From Auanema rhodensis (lineage: Eukaryota > Animalia > Nematoda): a stretch of DNA of 64,000 bases. Below are positions 36,117 through 49,854 of this stretch, piece after piece. The notes under the pieces were generated by a model. The model was given only the letters and a program-made list of their open reading frames with translations. It made no database searches and was not told where the DNA came from. Position 1 is the stretch's first letter. Each line of letters opens with the position of its first letter. The translations under genes were made by a program, and so were the position numbers. The DNA lies in contig OZ059896.1 of the NCBI GenBank assembly GCA_964057225.1, positions 12,524,001 to 12,588,000 of the forward strand, written 5' to 3'.

Positions 36117-36933
36117 TCAAGTTTTGCATTTTGTTTTCACCGATATATGTTTCACAGATTCTCTTTAGTTTTTGTCTGGAACTTTGAGTATTCGAAAATG
36201 AATATTTACTACACTAGCAAGCAGAAGAATACCTATTACTAGTTCACTGTTTTTTTTTTTAATTTTTTTCGGTATATTTATTTTTTCACTGTCAAATCGG
36301 CAAGCACCTGCTGCACATGTGCGAGCTATTTGAGTGACCGATGCCCAAACGAGCCACGCTTAGAAAATGAGGCTGACATAACACGTTTTTCATTCCTACC
36401 CAGATTGATTGCTTTAGAGACATTTCTGTCTTATCTCATCATATTCTCTACTTTGACTTTGATTTTTCTAAAATTTCATTAATGTATAATTCAAAATATC
36501 AATTCTTGTGATCAGATTGTTAATCGTTATATCTGTAAACGTTTCTCTCGAAATAGCAAGTAGAGTGTTCAGTTGTACCCACTTAACAAAGAAAGTAGAA
36601 GAACATATATAATTAGAGCAAAAAAATTGCGGAAAAGTCGTTATCTCGTTAACATCAGTTTCACTGCCCAAAACTCTGTTTCTTAATGTCCGAGGTCATA
36701 TGATGATATCTAATTTTGCACTTAGTTGATGAAAATCGAACAAGATTCTTCTCAATTGACCACAACTACAGCACCAAACTTGGATAACTACAATCTGCTG
36801 AATTCAAACTTCAAGAAAGTTAAAATTTCGAATCTCCTCTCAATCATTTTGTTCTTTCTTCTTTCTGTTTTGTTTTACACAAAAGGGAGGATTGAATCTC
36901 ATATATGACAATTCTCTTGTGATAGATTACAGT

Positions 36934-37005
36934 GGTTCCGTGGTGTAGTGGTTAGCACTCAAGACTCTGAATCCTGCGACCCCAGCTCAAATCTCAGTGG
37001 AATCT
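36934..37005 (+). tRNA. tRNA-Gln(CTG), variant copy (B-box GCTCA)
   Basis: As the previous copy plus an acceptor-stem change (GGAATCT). Confidence 0.8.
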
Positions 37006-37811
37006 TCAAGTTTTGCATTTTGTTTTCACCGATATATGTTTCACAGATTCACTTTAGTTTTTGTCTGGAATTTTGAGTCTTCAAAAATGAATATTTACTA
37101 CACTAGCAAAAAGAAGAAAACCTTATACTAGTTCATTGTTTCTTTTAATTTTAAATTTAATTATTTTTTTCACTGCCAAATCGGCAAGCACCTGCTGCAC
37201 ATGTGCGAGCTATTCCAGTGGCCGATGCCGAAACAAGCCACGCTTAGAAAATGAAGCTGATATAACACGTTTTTTGCTCCTACCCAGATTGATTGCTTTT
37301 GAGACATTTCTGTCTTATCTCATTATATTCTCTACTTTGATTTTTCTAAATTTTCATTAATGTATAATTCAAAATGTAATTTCTTGTGATCAGATTGTTG
37401 ATCGTTATATCTGTGAACGTTTCTCTCGAAATAGCAAGTAGAGTGTTCAGTTGTACCCACTTAACAAAGAAAGTAGAAGAACATATATATATAGAGCAAA
37501 AAAATTGCGGAAAAGTCGTTATCTCGTTAACATCAGTTTCACTGCCCAAAACTCTGTTTCTTAATGTCCGAGGTCATATGATGATATCTAATTTTGCACT
37601 TAGTTGATGAAAATCGAACAAGATTCTTCTCAATTGACCACAACTACAGCACCAAACTTGGATAACTACAATCTGCTGAGTTCAAACTTCGAGAAAGTTA
37701 AAATTTCGAATCTCCTCTCAATCATTTTGTTCCTCCTTCTTTCTTTTTTGTTTTACACAAAAGGGAGGATTGAATCTCATATATGACAATTCTCTTGTGA
37801 GAGATTACAGT

Positions 37812-37883
37812 GGTTCCGTGGTGTAGTGGTTAGCACTCAAGACTCTGAATCCTGCGACCCCAGTTCAAATCTCGGTGGAACCT
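37812..37883 (+). tRNA. tRNA-Gln(CTG), variant copy
   Basis: Intact A/B boxes; one anticodon-stem and one T-stem mismatch. Confidence 0.88.
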
Positions 37884-39662
37884 TCAAGTTTTGCATTTTG
37901 TTTTCACCGATATATGTTTCACAGATTCTCTTTAGTTTTTGTCTGGAACTTTGAGTATTCGAAAATGAATATTTACTACACTAGCAAGCAGAAGAAAACC
38001 CTATATTTGTTCATTGTTTCTTTAAATTTTAAATTTAATTATTTTTTCACTGTCAAATCGGCAAGCACCTGCTGCACATGTGCGAGCTATTCGAGTGACC
38101 GATGCCCGAACAAGCCACGCTTAGAAAATGAGGCTGACATAACACGTTTTTCACTCCTACCCAGATTGATTGCTTTAGAGACATTTCTGTCTTATCTCAT
38201 TATATTCTCTACTTTAACTTTGATTTTTCTAAAATTTCATTAATGTATAATTCAAAATATCATTTCTTGTGATCAGATTGTTGATCGTTATATCTGTAAA
38301 CGTTTCTCTCGAAGTAGCAAGTAGAGTGTTCAGTTGTACCCACTTAACAAAGAAAGTAGAAGAACATATATATTTAGAGCAAAAAAAGTGCGGAAAAGTC
38401 GTTATCTCGTTAACAACAGTTTCACTGCCCAAAACTCTGTTTATTGTCATTCTACTTGCTATTTCGAGAGAAACGTTTACAGATATATATGAATATTTAC
38501 TACACTAGCAAGCAGAAGAAAAGCTTATACTAGTTCATTGTTTTTTTTTTAATTTTTTTCGGTATATTTATTTTTTCACTGTCAAATCGGCAAGCACCTG
38601 CTGCACATGTGCGAGCTATTCGAGTGACCGATGCCCAAACGAGCCACGCTTAGAAAATGAGGCTGACATAACACGTTTTTCACTCTGTAGAGTTGTACCC
38701 ACTTAACAAAGAAAATAGAATAACATATATATTTAGAGCAAAAAAAGTGCGGAAAAGTCGTTATCTCGTTAACATCAGTTTCACTGTTCAAAACTCTGTT
38801 TATTGTCACTCTACTTGCTATTTCGAGAGAAACGTTTACAGATATATATGAATATTTACTACACTAGCAAGCAGGAGAGAACCTTATACTAGTTCATTGT
38901 TTTTTTTTAATCTTTTTCGGTATATTTATTTTTTCACTGTCAAATCGGCAACACTAGCAAACAGAAGAAAACCCTATATTTGTTCATTGTTTCTTTTAAT
39001 TTTAAATTTAATTATTTTTTTCACTGCCAAATCGGCAAGCACCTGCTGCAAATGTGCGAGCTATTCGAGTGGCCGATGCCGAAACAAGCCACGCTTAGAA
39101 AATGAAGCTGATATAACACGTTTTTTGCTCCTACCCAGATTGATTGCTTTTGAGACATTTCTGTCTTATCTCATTATATTCTCTACTTTGATTTTTCTAA
39201 ATTTTCATTAATGTATAATTCAAAATGTAATTTCTTGTGATCAGATTGTTGATCGTTATATCTGTGAACGTTTCTCTCGAAATAGCAAGTAGAGTGTTCA
39301 ATTGTACCCACTTAACAAAGAAAGTAGAAGAACATATATATATAGAGCAAAAAAATTGCGGAAAAGTCGTTATCTCGTTAACATCAGTTTCACTGCCCAA
39401 AACTCTGTTTCTTAATGTCCGAGGTCATATGATGATATCTAATTTTGCACTTAGTTGATGAAAATCGAACAAGATTCTTCTCAATTGACCACAACTACAG
39501 CACCAAACTTGGATAACTACAATCTGCTGAGTTCAAACTTCGAGAAAGTTAAAATTTCGAATCTCCTCTCAATCATTTTGTTCCTCCTTCTTTCTTTTTT
39601 GTTTTACACAAAAGGGAGGATTGAATCTCATATATGACAATTCTCTTGTGAGAGATTACAGT

Positions 39663-39734
39663 GGTTCCGTGGTGTAGTGGTTAGCACTCAAGACTCTGAA
39701 TCCTGCGACCCCAGTTCAAATCTCGGTGGAACCT
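39663..39734 (+). tRNA. tRNA-Gln(CTG), variant copy
   Basis: Same sequence as the 37812 copy. Confidence 0.88.
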
Positions 39735-40552
39735 TCAAGTTTTGCATTTTGTTTTCACCGATATATGTTTCACAGATTCTCTTTAGTTTTTGTCTGGAAC
39801 TTTGAATATTCGAAAATGAATATTTACTACACTAGCAAGCAGAAGAATACCTATTACTAGTTCACTGTTTTTTTTTTTAAATTTTTTTCGGTATATTTAT
39901 TTTTTCACTGTCAAATCGGCAAGCACCTGCTGCACATGTGCGAGCTATTTGAGTGACCGATGCCCAAACGAGCCACGCTTAGAAAATGAGGCTGACATAA
40001 CACGTTTTTCATTCCTACCCAGATTGATTGCTTTAGAGACATTTCTGTCTTATCTCATCATATTCTCTACTTTGACTTTGATTTTTCTAAAATTTCATTA
40101 ATGTATAATTCAAAATATCAATTCTTGTGATCAGATTGTTAATCGTTATATCTGTAAACGTTTCTCTCGAAATAGCAAGTAGAGTGTTCAGTTGTACCCA
40201 CTTAACAAAGAAAGTAGAAGAACATATATAATTAGAGCAAAAAAATTGCGGAAAAGTCGTTATCTCGTTAACATCAGTTTCACTGCCCAAAACTCTGTTT
40301 CTTAATGTCCGAGGTCATATGATGATATCTAATTTTGCACTTAGTTGATGAAAATCGAACAAGATTCTTCTCAATTGACCACAACTACAGCATCAAACTT
40401 GGATAACTACAATCTGCTGAGTTCAAACTTTGAGAAAGTTAAAATTTCGAATCTCCTCTCAATCATTTTGTTCCTTCTTCTTTCTTTTGTGTTTTACACA
40501 AAAGGGAGGATTGAATCTCATATATGACAATTCTCTTGTGAGAGATTACAGT

Positions 40553-40624
40553 GGTTCCGTGGTGTAGTGGTTAGCACTCAGGACTCTGAATCCTGCGACC
40601 CGAGTTCAAATCTCGGCGGAACCT
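40553..40624 (+). tRNA. tRNA-Gln(CTG), intact
   Basis: Fully paired cloverleaf: GGTTCCG/CGGAACC, CAGGA-CT CTG AA-TCCTG, CCGAG-TTCAAAT-CTCGG; T-run terminator downstream. Confidence 0.97.
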
Positions 40625-41442
40625 TCAACTTTTGCATTTTGTTTTCACCGATATATGTTTCACAGATTCTCTTTAGTTTTTGTCTGGAACTTTGAGTATT
40701 CGAAAATGAATATTTACTACACTAGCAAGCAGAAGAATACCTATTACTAGTTCACTGTTTTTTTTTTTTAATTTTTTTCGGTATATTTATTTTTTCACTG
40801 TCAAATCGGCAAGCACCTGCTGCACATGTGCGAGCTATTTGAGTGACCGATGCCCAAACGAGCCACGCTTAGAAAATGAAGCTGATATAACACGTTTTTT
40901 GCTCCTACCCAGATTGATTGCTTTTGAGACATTTCTGTCTTATCTCATCATATTCTCTACTTTGACTTTGATTTTTCTAAAATTTCATTAATGTATAATT
41001 CAAAATATCAATTCTTGTGATCAGATTGTTAATCGTTATATCTGTAAACGTTTCTCTCGAAATAGCAAGTAGAGTGTTCAGTTGTACCCACTTAACAAAG
41101 AAAGTAGAAGAACATATATAATTAGAGCAAAAAAATTGCGGAAAAGTCGTTATCTCGTTAACATCAGTTTCACTGCCCAAAACTCTGTTTCTTAATGTCC
41201 GAGGTCATATGATGATATCTAATTTTGCACTTAGTTGATGAAAATCGAACAAGATTCTTCTCAATTGACCACAACTACAGCACCAAACTTGGATAACTAC
41301 AATCTGCTGAGTTCAAACTTCGAGAAAGTTAAAATTTCGAATCTCCTCTCAATCATTTTGTTCCTCCTTCTTTCTTTTTTGTTTTACACAAAAGGGAGGA
41401 TTGAATCTCATATATGACAATTCTCTTGTGAGAGATTACAGT

Positions 41443-41514
41443 GGTTCCGTGGTGTAGTGGTTAGCACTCAGGACTCTGAATCCTGCGACCCGAGTTCAAA
41501 TCTCGGCGGAACCT
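41443..41514 (+). tRNA. tRNA-Gln(CTG), intact
   Basis: Identical to the 40553 copy. Confidence 0.97.
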
Positions 41515-41589
41515 TCAACTTTTGCATTTTGTTTTGGCCGATATATGTTTCACAGATTCTGTTTAGTTTTTGTCTGGAACTTTGAGTAT

Positions 41590-44500
41590 TCGAAAATGAA
41601 TATTTACTACACTAGCAAGCAGAAGAAAACCCTATATTTGTTCATTGTTTCTTTAAATTTTAAATTTAATTATTTTTTCACTGTCAAATCGGCAAGCACC
41701 TGCTGCACATGTGCGAGCTATTCGAGTGACCGATGCCCGAACAAGCCACGCTTAGAAAATGAGGCTGACATAACACGTTTTTCACTCCTACCCAGATTGA
41801 TTGCTTTAGAGACATTTCTGTCTTATCTCATTATATTCTCTACTTTAACTTTGATTTTTCTAAAATTTCATTAATGTATAATTCAAAATATCATTTCTTG
41901 TGATCAGATTGTTGATCGTTATATCTGTAAACGTTTCTCTCGAAGTAGCAAGTAGAGTGTTCAGTTGTACCCACTTAACAAAGAAAGTAGAAGAACATAT
42001 ATATTTAGAGCAAAAAAAGTGCGGAAAAGTCGTTATCTCGTTAACAACAGTTTCACTGCCCAAAACTCTGTTTATTGTCATTCTACTTGCTATTTCGAGA
42101 GAAACGTTTACAGATATATATGAATATTTACTACACTAGCAAGCAGAAGAAAAGCTTATACTAGTTCATTGTTTTTTTTAAAATTTTTTTCGGTATATTT
42201 ATTTTTTCACTGTCAAATCGGCAAGCACCTGCTGCACATGTGCGAGCTATTCGAGTGACCGATGCCCAAACGAGCCACGCTTAGAAAATGAGGCTGACAT
42301 AACACGTTTTTCACTCTGTAGAGTTGTACCCACTTAACAAAGAAAATAGAATAACATATATATTTAGAGCAAAAAAAGTGCGGAAAAGTCGTTATCTCGT
42401 TAACATCAGTTTCACTGTTCAAAACTCTGTTTATTGTCACTCTACTTGCTATTTCGAGAGAAACGTTTACAGATATATATGAATATTTACTACACTAGCA
42501 AGCAGGAGAGAACCTTATACTAGTTCATTGTTTTTTTTTAATCTTTTTCGGTATATTTATTTTTTCACTGTCAAATCGGCAACACTAGCAAGCAGAAGAA
42601 AACCTTATACTAGTTCATTGTTTTTTTTTTGATTTTTTTCGGTACATTTATTTTTTCACTGTCAAATCGGCAAGCACCTGCTGCACATGTGCGAGCTATT
42701 CGAGTGACCGATGCTCAAACGAGCCACGCTTAGAAAATGAGGCTGACATAACACGTTTTTCACTCCAACCCAGATTGATTGCTTTAGAGACATTTCTGTC
42801 TTATCTCATTATATTCTCTACTTTGACTTTTATTTTTCTAAAATTTCATTAATGTATAATTCAAAATATCATTTCTTGTGATCAGATTGTTAATCGTTAT
42901 ATCTGTAAACGTTTCTCTCGAAATAGCAAGTAGAGTGTTCAGTTGTACCCACTTAACAAAGAAAGTAGAAGAACATATATTTTTAGAGCAAAAAAAGTGC
43001 GGAAAAGTCGTTATCTCGTGAACATCAGTTTCACTGCCCAAAACTCTGTTTATTGTCTTTCTACTTGCTATTTCGAGAGAAACCTTTACAGATATACATA
43101 TATGAATATTTACTACACTAGCAAGCAGAAGAAAACCTTATACTAGTTCATTGTTTTTTTTAAATTTTTTTCGGCAAATCGGCAAACACCTGCTGCACAT
43201 GTGCGAGCTATTCGAGTGACCGATGCCCAAACGAGCCACGCTTAGAAAATGAGACTGACATAACACGTTTTTCACTCTGTAGATTTGTACCCACTTAACA
43301 AAGAAAATAGAATAACATATATATTTAGAGCAAAAAAAGTGCGGAAAAGTCGTTATCTCGTTAACATCAGTTTCACTGTTCAAAACTCTGTTTATTGTCA
43401 CTCTACTTGCTATTTCGAGAGAAACGTTTACAGATATATATGAATATTCACTACACTAGCAAGCAGGAGAAAACCTTATACTAGTTCATTGTTTTTTTTT
43501 TAATCTTTTTCGGTATATTTATTTTTTCACTGTCAAATCGGCAACACTAGCAAGCAGAAGAAAACCTTATACTAGTTCATTGTTTTTTTTTTTTGATTTT
43601 TTTCGGTACATTTATTTTTTCACTGTCAAATCGGCAAGCACCTGCTGCACATGTGCGAGCTATTTGAGTGACCGATGCCTAAACGAGCCACGCTTGAAAA
43701 ATGAGGCCGACATAACACGTTTTTCACTCCTACCCAGATTGATTGCTTTAGAGACATTTCTGTCTTATCTCATTATATTCTCAACTTTGACTTTGATTTT
43801 TCTAAAATTTCATTAATGTATAATTCAAAATATCATTTCTCAGGATCAGATTGTTAATTGTTATATCTGTAAACGTTTCTCTCGAAATAGCAAGTAGAGT
43901 GTTCAGTTGTACCCACTTAACAAAAAAAGTAGAAGAACATATATATTTAGAGCAAAAAAAGTGCGGAAAAGTCGTTATCTCGTTAACATCAGTTTCACTG
44001 TTCAAAACTCTGTTTATTGTCACTCTACTTGCTATTTCGAGAGAAACGTTTACAGATATATATGAATATTTACTACACTAGCAAGCAGAAGAAAACCTTA
44101 TACTAGTTCATTGTTTTTTTTTAAATTTTTTTCGGTATATTTATTTTTTCACTGTCAAATCGGCAAGCACCTGCTGCACATGTGCGAGCTATTCGAGTGA
44201 CCGATGCCCAAACGAGCAACGCTTAGAAAATGAGGCTGACATAACACGTTTTTCACTCTGTAGAGTTGTACCCACTTAACAAAGAAAGTAGAAGAACATA
44301 TATATTTAGAGCAAAAAAAGTGCGGAAAAGTAGTTATCTCGTTAACATCAGTTTCACTGCCGAAAACTCTGTTTATTGTCATTCTACTTGCTATTTCGAG
44401 AGAAACGTTTACAGATATATATGAATATTTACTACACTAGCAAGCAGAAGAAAACCTTATACTAGTTCATTGTTTTTTTTTAATTTTTTTCGGTATATTC

Positions 44501-47500
44501 ATTTTTTCACTGTCAAATCGGCAAGCACCTGCTGCACATGTGCGAGCTATTCGAGTGACCGATGCTCAAACGAGCCACGCTTAGAAAATGAGGCTGACAT
44601 AACACGCTTTTCACTCCTACCCAGATTGATTGCTTTAGAGACATTTCTGTCTTATCTCATTATATTCTCAACTTTGACTTTGATTTTTCTAAAATTTCAT
44701 TAATGTATAATTCAAAATATCATTTCTTGTGATCAGATTGTTAATCGTTATATCTGTAAACGTTTCTCTCGAAATAGCAAGTAGAGTGTTCAGTTGTACC
44801 CACTTAACAAAGAAAGTAGAAGAACATATATATTTAGAGCAAAAAAAGTGCGGAAAAGTCGTTATCTCGTTAACATCAGTTTCACTGCCCAAAACTCTGT
44901 TTATTGTCATTCTACTTGCTATTTTGAGAGAAACGTTCACAGATATATATGAATATTTACTACACTAGCAAACAGAAGAAAACCTTATACTAGTTCATTG
45001 TTTTTTTAAAATTTTTTTTCGGTACATTCATTTTTTCACTGTCAAATCGGCAAGCACCTGCTGCACATGTGCGAGCTATTCGAGTGACCGATGCTCAAAC
45101 GAGCCACGCTTAGAAAATGAGGCTGACATAACACGTTTTTCACTCTTACCCAGATTGATTGCTTTAGAGACATTTCTGTCTTATCTCATTATATTCTCAA
45201 CTTTGACTTTGATTTTTCTAAAATTTCATTAATGTATAATTCAAAATATCATTTCTTGTGATCAGATTGTTAATCGTTATATCTGTAAACGTTTCTCTCG
45301 AAATAGCAAGTAGAGTGTTCAGTTGTACCCACTTAACAAAGAAAGTAGAAGAACATATATATTTAGAGCAAAAAAAGTGCGGAAAAGTAGTTATCTCGTT
45401 AACATCAGTTTCACTGCCCAAAACTCTGTTTATTGTCATTCTACTTGCTATTTCGAGAGAAACGTTTACAGATATATATGAATATTTACTACACTAGCAA
45501 GCAGAAGAAAACCTTATACTAGTTCATTGTTTTTTTTTAATTTTTTTCGGTATATTCATTTTTTCACTGTCAAATCGGCAAGCACCTGCTGCACATGTGC
45601 GAGCTATTCGAGTGACCGATGCTCAAACGAGCCACGCTTAGAAAATGAGGCTGACATAACACGCTTTTCACTCCTACCCAGATTGATTGCTTTAGAGACA
45701 TTTCTGTCTTATCTCATTATATTCTCAACTTTGACTTTGATTTTTCTAAAATTTCATTAATGTATAATTCAAAATATCATTTCTTGTGATCAGATTGTTA
45801 ATCGTTATATCTGTAAACGTTTCTCTCGAAATAGCAAGTAGAGTGTTCAGTTGTACCCACTTAACAAAGAAAGTAGAAGAACATATATATTTAGAGCAAA
45901 AAAAGTGCGGAAAAGTCGTTATCTCGTTAACATCAGTTTCACTGCCCAAAACTCTGTTTATTGTCATTCTACTTGCTATTTTGAGAGAAACGTTTACAGA
46001 TATATATGAATATTTACTACACTAGCAAGCAGAAGAAAACCTTATACTAGTTCATTGTTTTTTTAAAATTTTTTTTCGGTATTTTTATTTTTTCACTGTC
46101 AAATCGGCAAGCACCTGCTGCACATGTGCGAGCTATTCGAGTGACCGATGCCCGAACAAGCCACGCTTAAAAAATGAGGCTGACATAACACGTTTTTCAC
46201 TCCTACCCAGATTGATTGCTTTAGAGACATTTCTGTCTTATCTCATTATATTCTCTACTTTAACTTTGATTTTTCTAAAATTTCATTAATGTATAATTCA
46301 AAATATCATTTCTTGTGATCAGATTGTTAATCGTTATATCTGTAAACGTTTCTCTCGAAGTAGCAAGTAGAGTGTTCAGTTGTACCCACTTAACAAAGAA
46401 AGTAGAAGAACATATATATTTAAAGCAAAAAAAGTGCGGAAAAGTCGTTATCTCGTTAACATCAGTTTCACTGTTCAAAACTCTGTTTATTGTCACTCTA
46501 CTTGCTATTTCGAGAGAAACGTTTACAGATATATATGAATATTCACTACACTAGCAAGCAGAAGAAAACCTTATACTAGTTCATTGTTTCTTTTTAATTT
46601 TTTTCGGTATATTTATTTTTTCACTGTCAAATCGGCAAGCACCTGCTGCACATGTGCGAGCTATTCGAGTGACCGATGCCCAAACGAGGCACGCTTAGAA
46701 AATGAGGCTGACATAACACGTTTTTCACTCTGTAGAGTTGTACCCACTTAACAAAGAAAGTAGAAGAACATATATATATAGAGAAAAGAAAGTGCGGAAA
46801 AGTCGTTATCTCGTTAACATCAGTTTCACTGCCCAAAACTCTGTTTATTGTCATTCTCCTTGCTATTTCGAGAGAAACGTTTACAGATATATATGAATAT
46901 TTACTACACTAGCAAGCAAAAGAAAACCTTATACTAGTTCATTGTTTTTTTTCAATTTTTTTCGGTATATTTATTTTTTCACTGTCAAATCGGCAAGCAC
47001 CTGCTGCACATGTGCGAGCTATTCGAGTGACCGATGCCCAAACGAACCACGCTTAGAAAATGAGGCTGACATAACACGTTTTTCACTCCTACCCAGATTG
47101 ATTGCTTTAGAGACATTTCTGTCTTATCTCATTATATTCTCAACTTTGACTTTGATTTTTCTAAAATTTCATTAATGTATAATTCAAAATATCATTTCTT
47201 GTAATCAGATTGTTAATCGTTATATCTGTAAACGTTTCTCTCGAAATAGCAAGTAGAGTGTTCAGTTGTACCCACTTAACAAAAAAAGTAGAAGAACATA
47301 TATATTTAGAGCAAAAAAAGTGCGGAAAAGTCGTTATCTCGTTAACATCAGTTTCACTGCCCAAAACTCTGTTTATTGTCATTCTACTTGCTATTTCGAG
47401 AGAAACGTTCACAGATATATATGAATATTCACTACACTAGCAAGCAGAAGAAAACCTTATACTAGTTCATTGTTTCTTTTTAATTTTTTTCGGTATATTT

Positions 47501-49442
47501 ATTTTTTCACTGTCAAATCGGCAAGCACCTGCTGCACATGTGCGAGCTTTTCGAGTGACCGATGCCCAAACGAACCACGCTTAGAAAATGAGGCTGACAT
47601 AACACGCTTTTCACTCCTACCCAGATTGATTGCTTTAGAGACATTTCTGTCTTATCTCATTATATTCTCAACTTTGACTTTGATTTTTCTAAAATTTCAT
47701 TAATGTATAATTCAAAATATCATTTCTTGTGATCAGATTGTTAATCGTTATATCTGTAAACGTTTCTCTCGAAATAGCAAGTAGAGTGTTCAGTTGTACC
47801 CACTTAACAAAGAAAGTAGAAGAACATATATATTTAGAGCAAAAAAAGTGCGGAAAAGTCGTTATCTCGTTAACATCAGTTTCACTGCCCAAAACTCTGT
47901 TTATTGTCATTCTACTTGCTATTTCGAGAGAAACGTTTACAGATATATATGAATATTTACTACACTAGCAAGCAGAAGAAAACCTTATACTAGTTCATTG
48001 TTTTTTTTTAATTTTTTTCGGTATATTCATTTTTTCACTGTCAAATCGGCAAGCACCTGCTGCACATGTGCGAGCTATTCGACTGACCGATGCTCAAACG
48101 AGCCACGCTTAGAAAATGAGGCTGACATAACACGCTTTTCACTCCTACCCAGATTGATTGCTTTAGAGACATTTCTGTCTTATCTCATTATATTCTCAAC
48201 TTTGACTTTGATTTTTCTAAAATTTCATTAATGTATAATTCAAAATATCATTTCTTGTGATCAGATTGTTAATCGTTATATCTGTAAACGTTTCTCTCGA
48301 AATAGCAAGTAGAGTGTTCAGTTGTACCCACATAACAAAGAAAGTAGAAGAACATATATATTTAGAGCAAAAAAAGTGCGGAAAAGTCGTTATCTCGTTA
48401 ACATCAGTTTCACTGCCCAAAACTCTGTTTATTGTCATTCTACTTGCTATTTTGAGAGAAACGTTTACAGATATATATGAATATTTACTACACTAGCAAG
48501 CAGAAGAAAACCTTATACTAGTTCATTGTTTTTTTTAAATTTTTTTTCGGTATTTTTATTTTTTCACTGTCAAATCGGCAAGCACCTGCTGCACATGTGC
48601 GAGCTATTCGAGTGACCGATGCCCGAACAAGCCACGCTTAAAAAATGAGGCTGACATAACACGTTTTTCACTCCTACCCAGATTGATTGCTTTAGAGACA
48701 TTTCTGTCTTATCTCATTATATTCTCTACTTTAACTTTGATTTTTCTAAAATTTCATTAATGTATAATTCAAAATATCATTTCTTGTGATCAGATTGTTA
48801 ATCGTTATATCTGTAAACGTTTCTCTCGAAGTAGCAAGTAGAGTGTTCAGTTGTACCCACTTAACAAAGAAAGTAGAAAAACATATATATTTAGAGCAAA
48901 AAAAGTGCGGAAAAGTCGTTATCTCGTTAACATCAGTTTCACTGTTCAAAACTCTGTTTATTGTCACTCTACTTGCTATTTCGAGAGAAACGTTTACAGA
49001 TATATATGAATATTCACTACACTAGCAAGCAGAAGAAAACCTTATACTAGTTCATTGTTTCTTTTTAATTTTTTTCGGTATATTTATTTTTTCACTGTCA
49101 AATCGGCAAGCACCTGCTGCACATGTGCGAGCTATTTGAGTGACCGATGCCCAAACGAGCCACGCTTAGAAAATGAGGCTGACATAACACGTTTTTCACT
49201 CTGTAGAGTTGTACCCACTTAACAAAGAAAGTAGAAGAACATATATATTTAGAGCAAAGAAAGTGCGGAAAAGTCGTTATCTCGTTAACATCAGTTTCAC
49301 TGCCCAAAACTCTGTTTATTGTCATTCTCCTTGCTATTTCGAGAGAAACGTTTACAGATATATATGAATATTTACTACACTAGCAAGCAGAAGAAAACCT
49401 TATACTAGTTCATTGTTTTTTTTTAATTTTTTTCGGTATATT
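41590..49442 (+). repeat. tRNA-less satellite derived from the tRNA spacer (~528 and ~355 bp units)
   Basis: Repeating ORF pattern with 528/529 spacing; each unit has the spacer 5' half plus an inverted ~40 bp segment, and no tRNA. Confidence 0.96.
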
Positions 49443-49841
49443 TGTTATACTTTATAATTATGTACTTTATTCTTTCTATAATTTTTATGTATTTCTTTAT
49501 TCTGTGTTTTATATTTTATATTTTATAATTCTAGTTTCTTGTCTTAGTGTATTATGTTATCAGTTATATTTTGCAGCTTCAGCATTTTCCGAGATAGTTA
49601 TAATTGTCATTGACAACTTATAACCTTTCGTGGAAAATGCTGATAACATTCGCTATATAAGCTTGCCATTCAACTGAATCTTCAGTTGGCGGACTTATCT
49701 TTATCTTTATTTGTTTATTGTTTAAATGTTTTTTATTTATAATAAATCTTTCTCTCTTCCTCAAATCTTATTGTTTCTTTTACAACACATCAATCTAAGG
49801 GTCAATCATGGAATATTAATATCCAACTTAAGGATATTACA
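49443..49841 (+). repeat. Gypsy 5' LTR
   Basis: TGTTATAC...ATTACA; TATATAA and AATAAA present. Confidence 0.97.
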
Positions 49842-49854
49842 TGGAGGTTCCACC
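49842..49854 (+). promoter_or_regulatory. Primer binding site complementary to tRNA-Gln
   Basis: TGGAGGTTCCACC is the reverse complement of GGTGGAACCT-CCA. Confidence 0.92.

Larger units (their letters stand above)
29536..41560 (+). repeat. Tandem tRNA-Gln array, 878-890 bp units
   Basis: tRNA starts at 30119, 35167, 36045, 36934, 37812, 39663, 40553, 41443 with near-identical spacers. Confidence 0.97.

Noticed and set aside
40553-41514. Amber-suppressor tRNA
   Set aside because: Every copy has anticodon CTG; none has CTA.
29536-41560. tRNA-derived SINE family
   Set aside because: Units are head-to-tail with complete tRNAs and terminators, with no TSDs or poly(A) tails; this is a tandem gene array.
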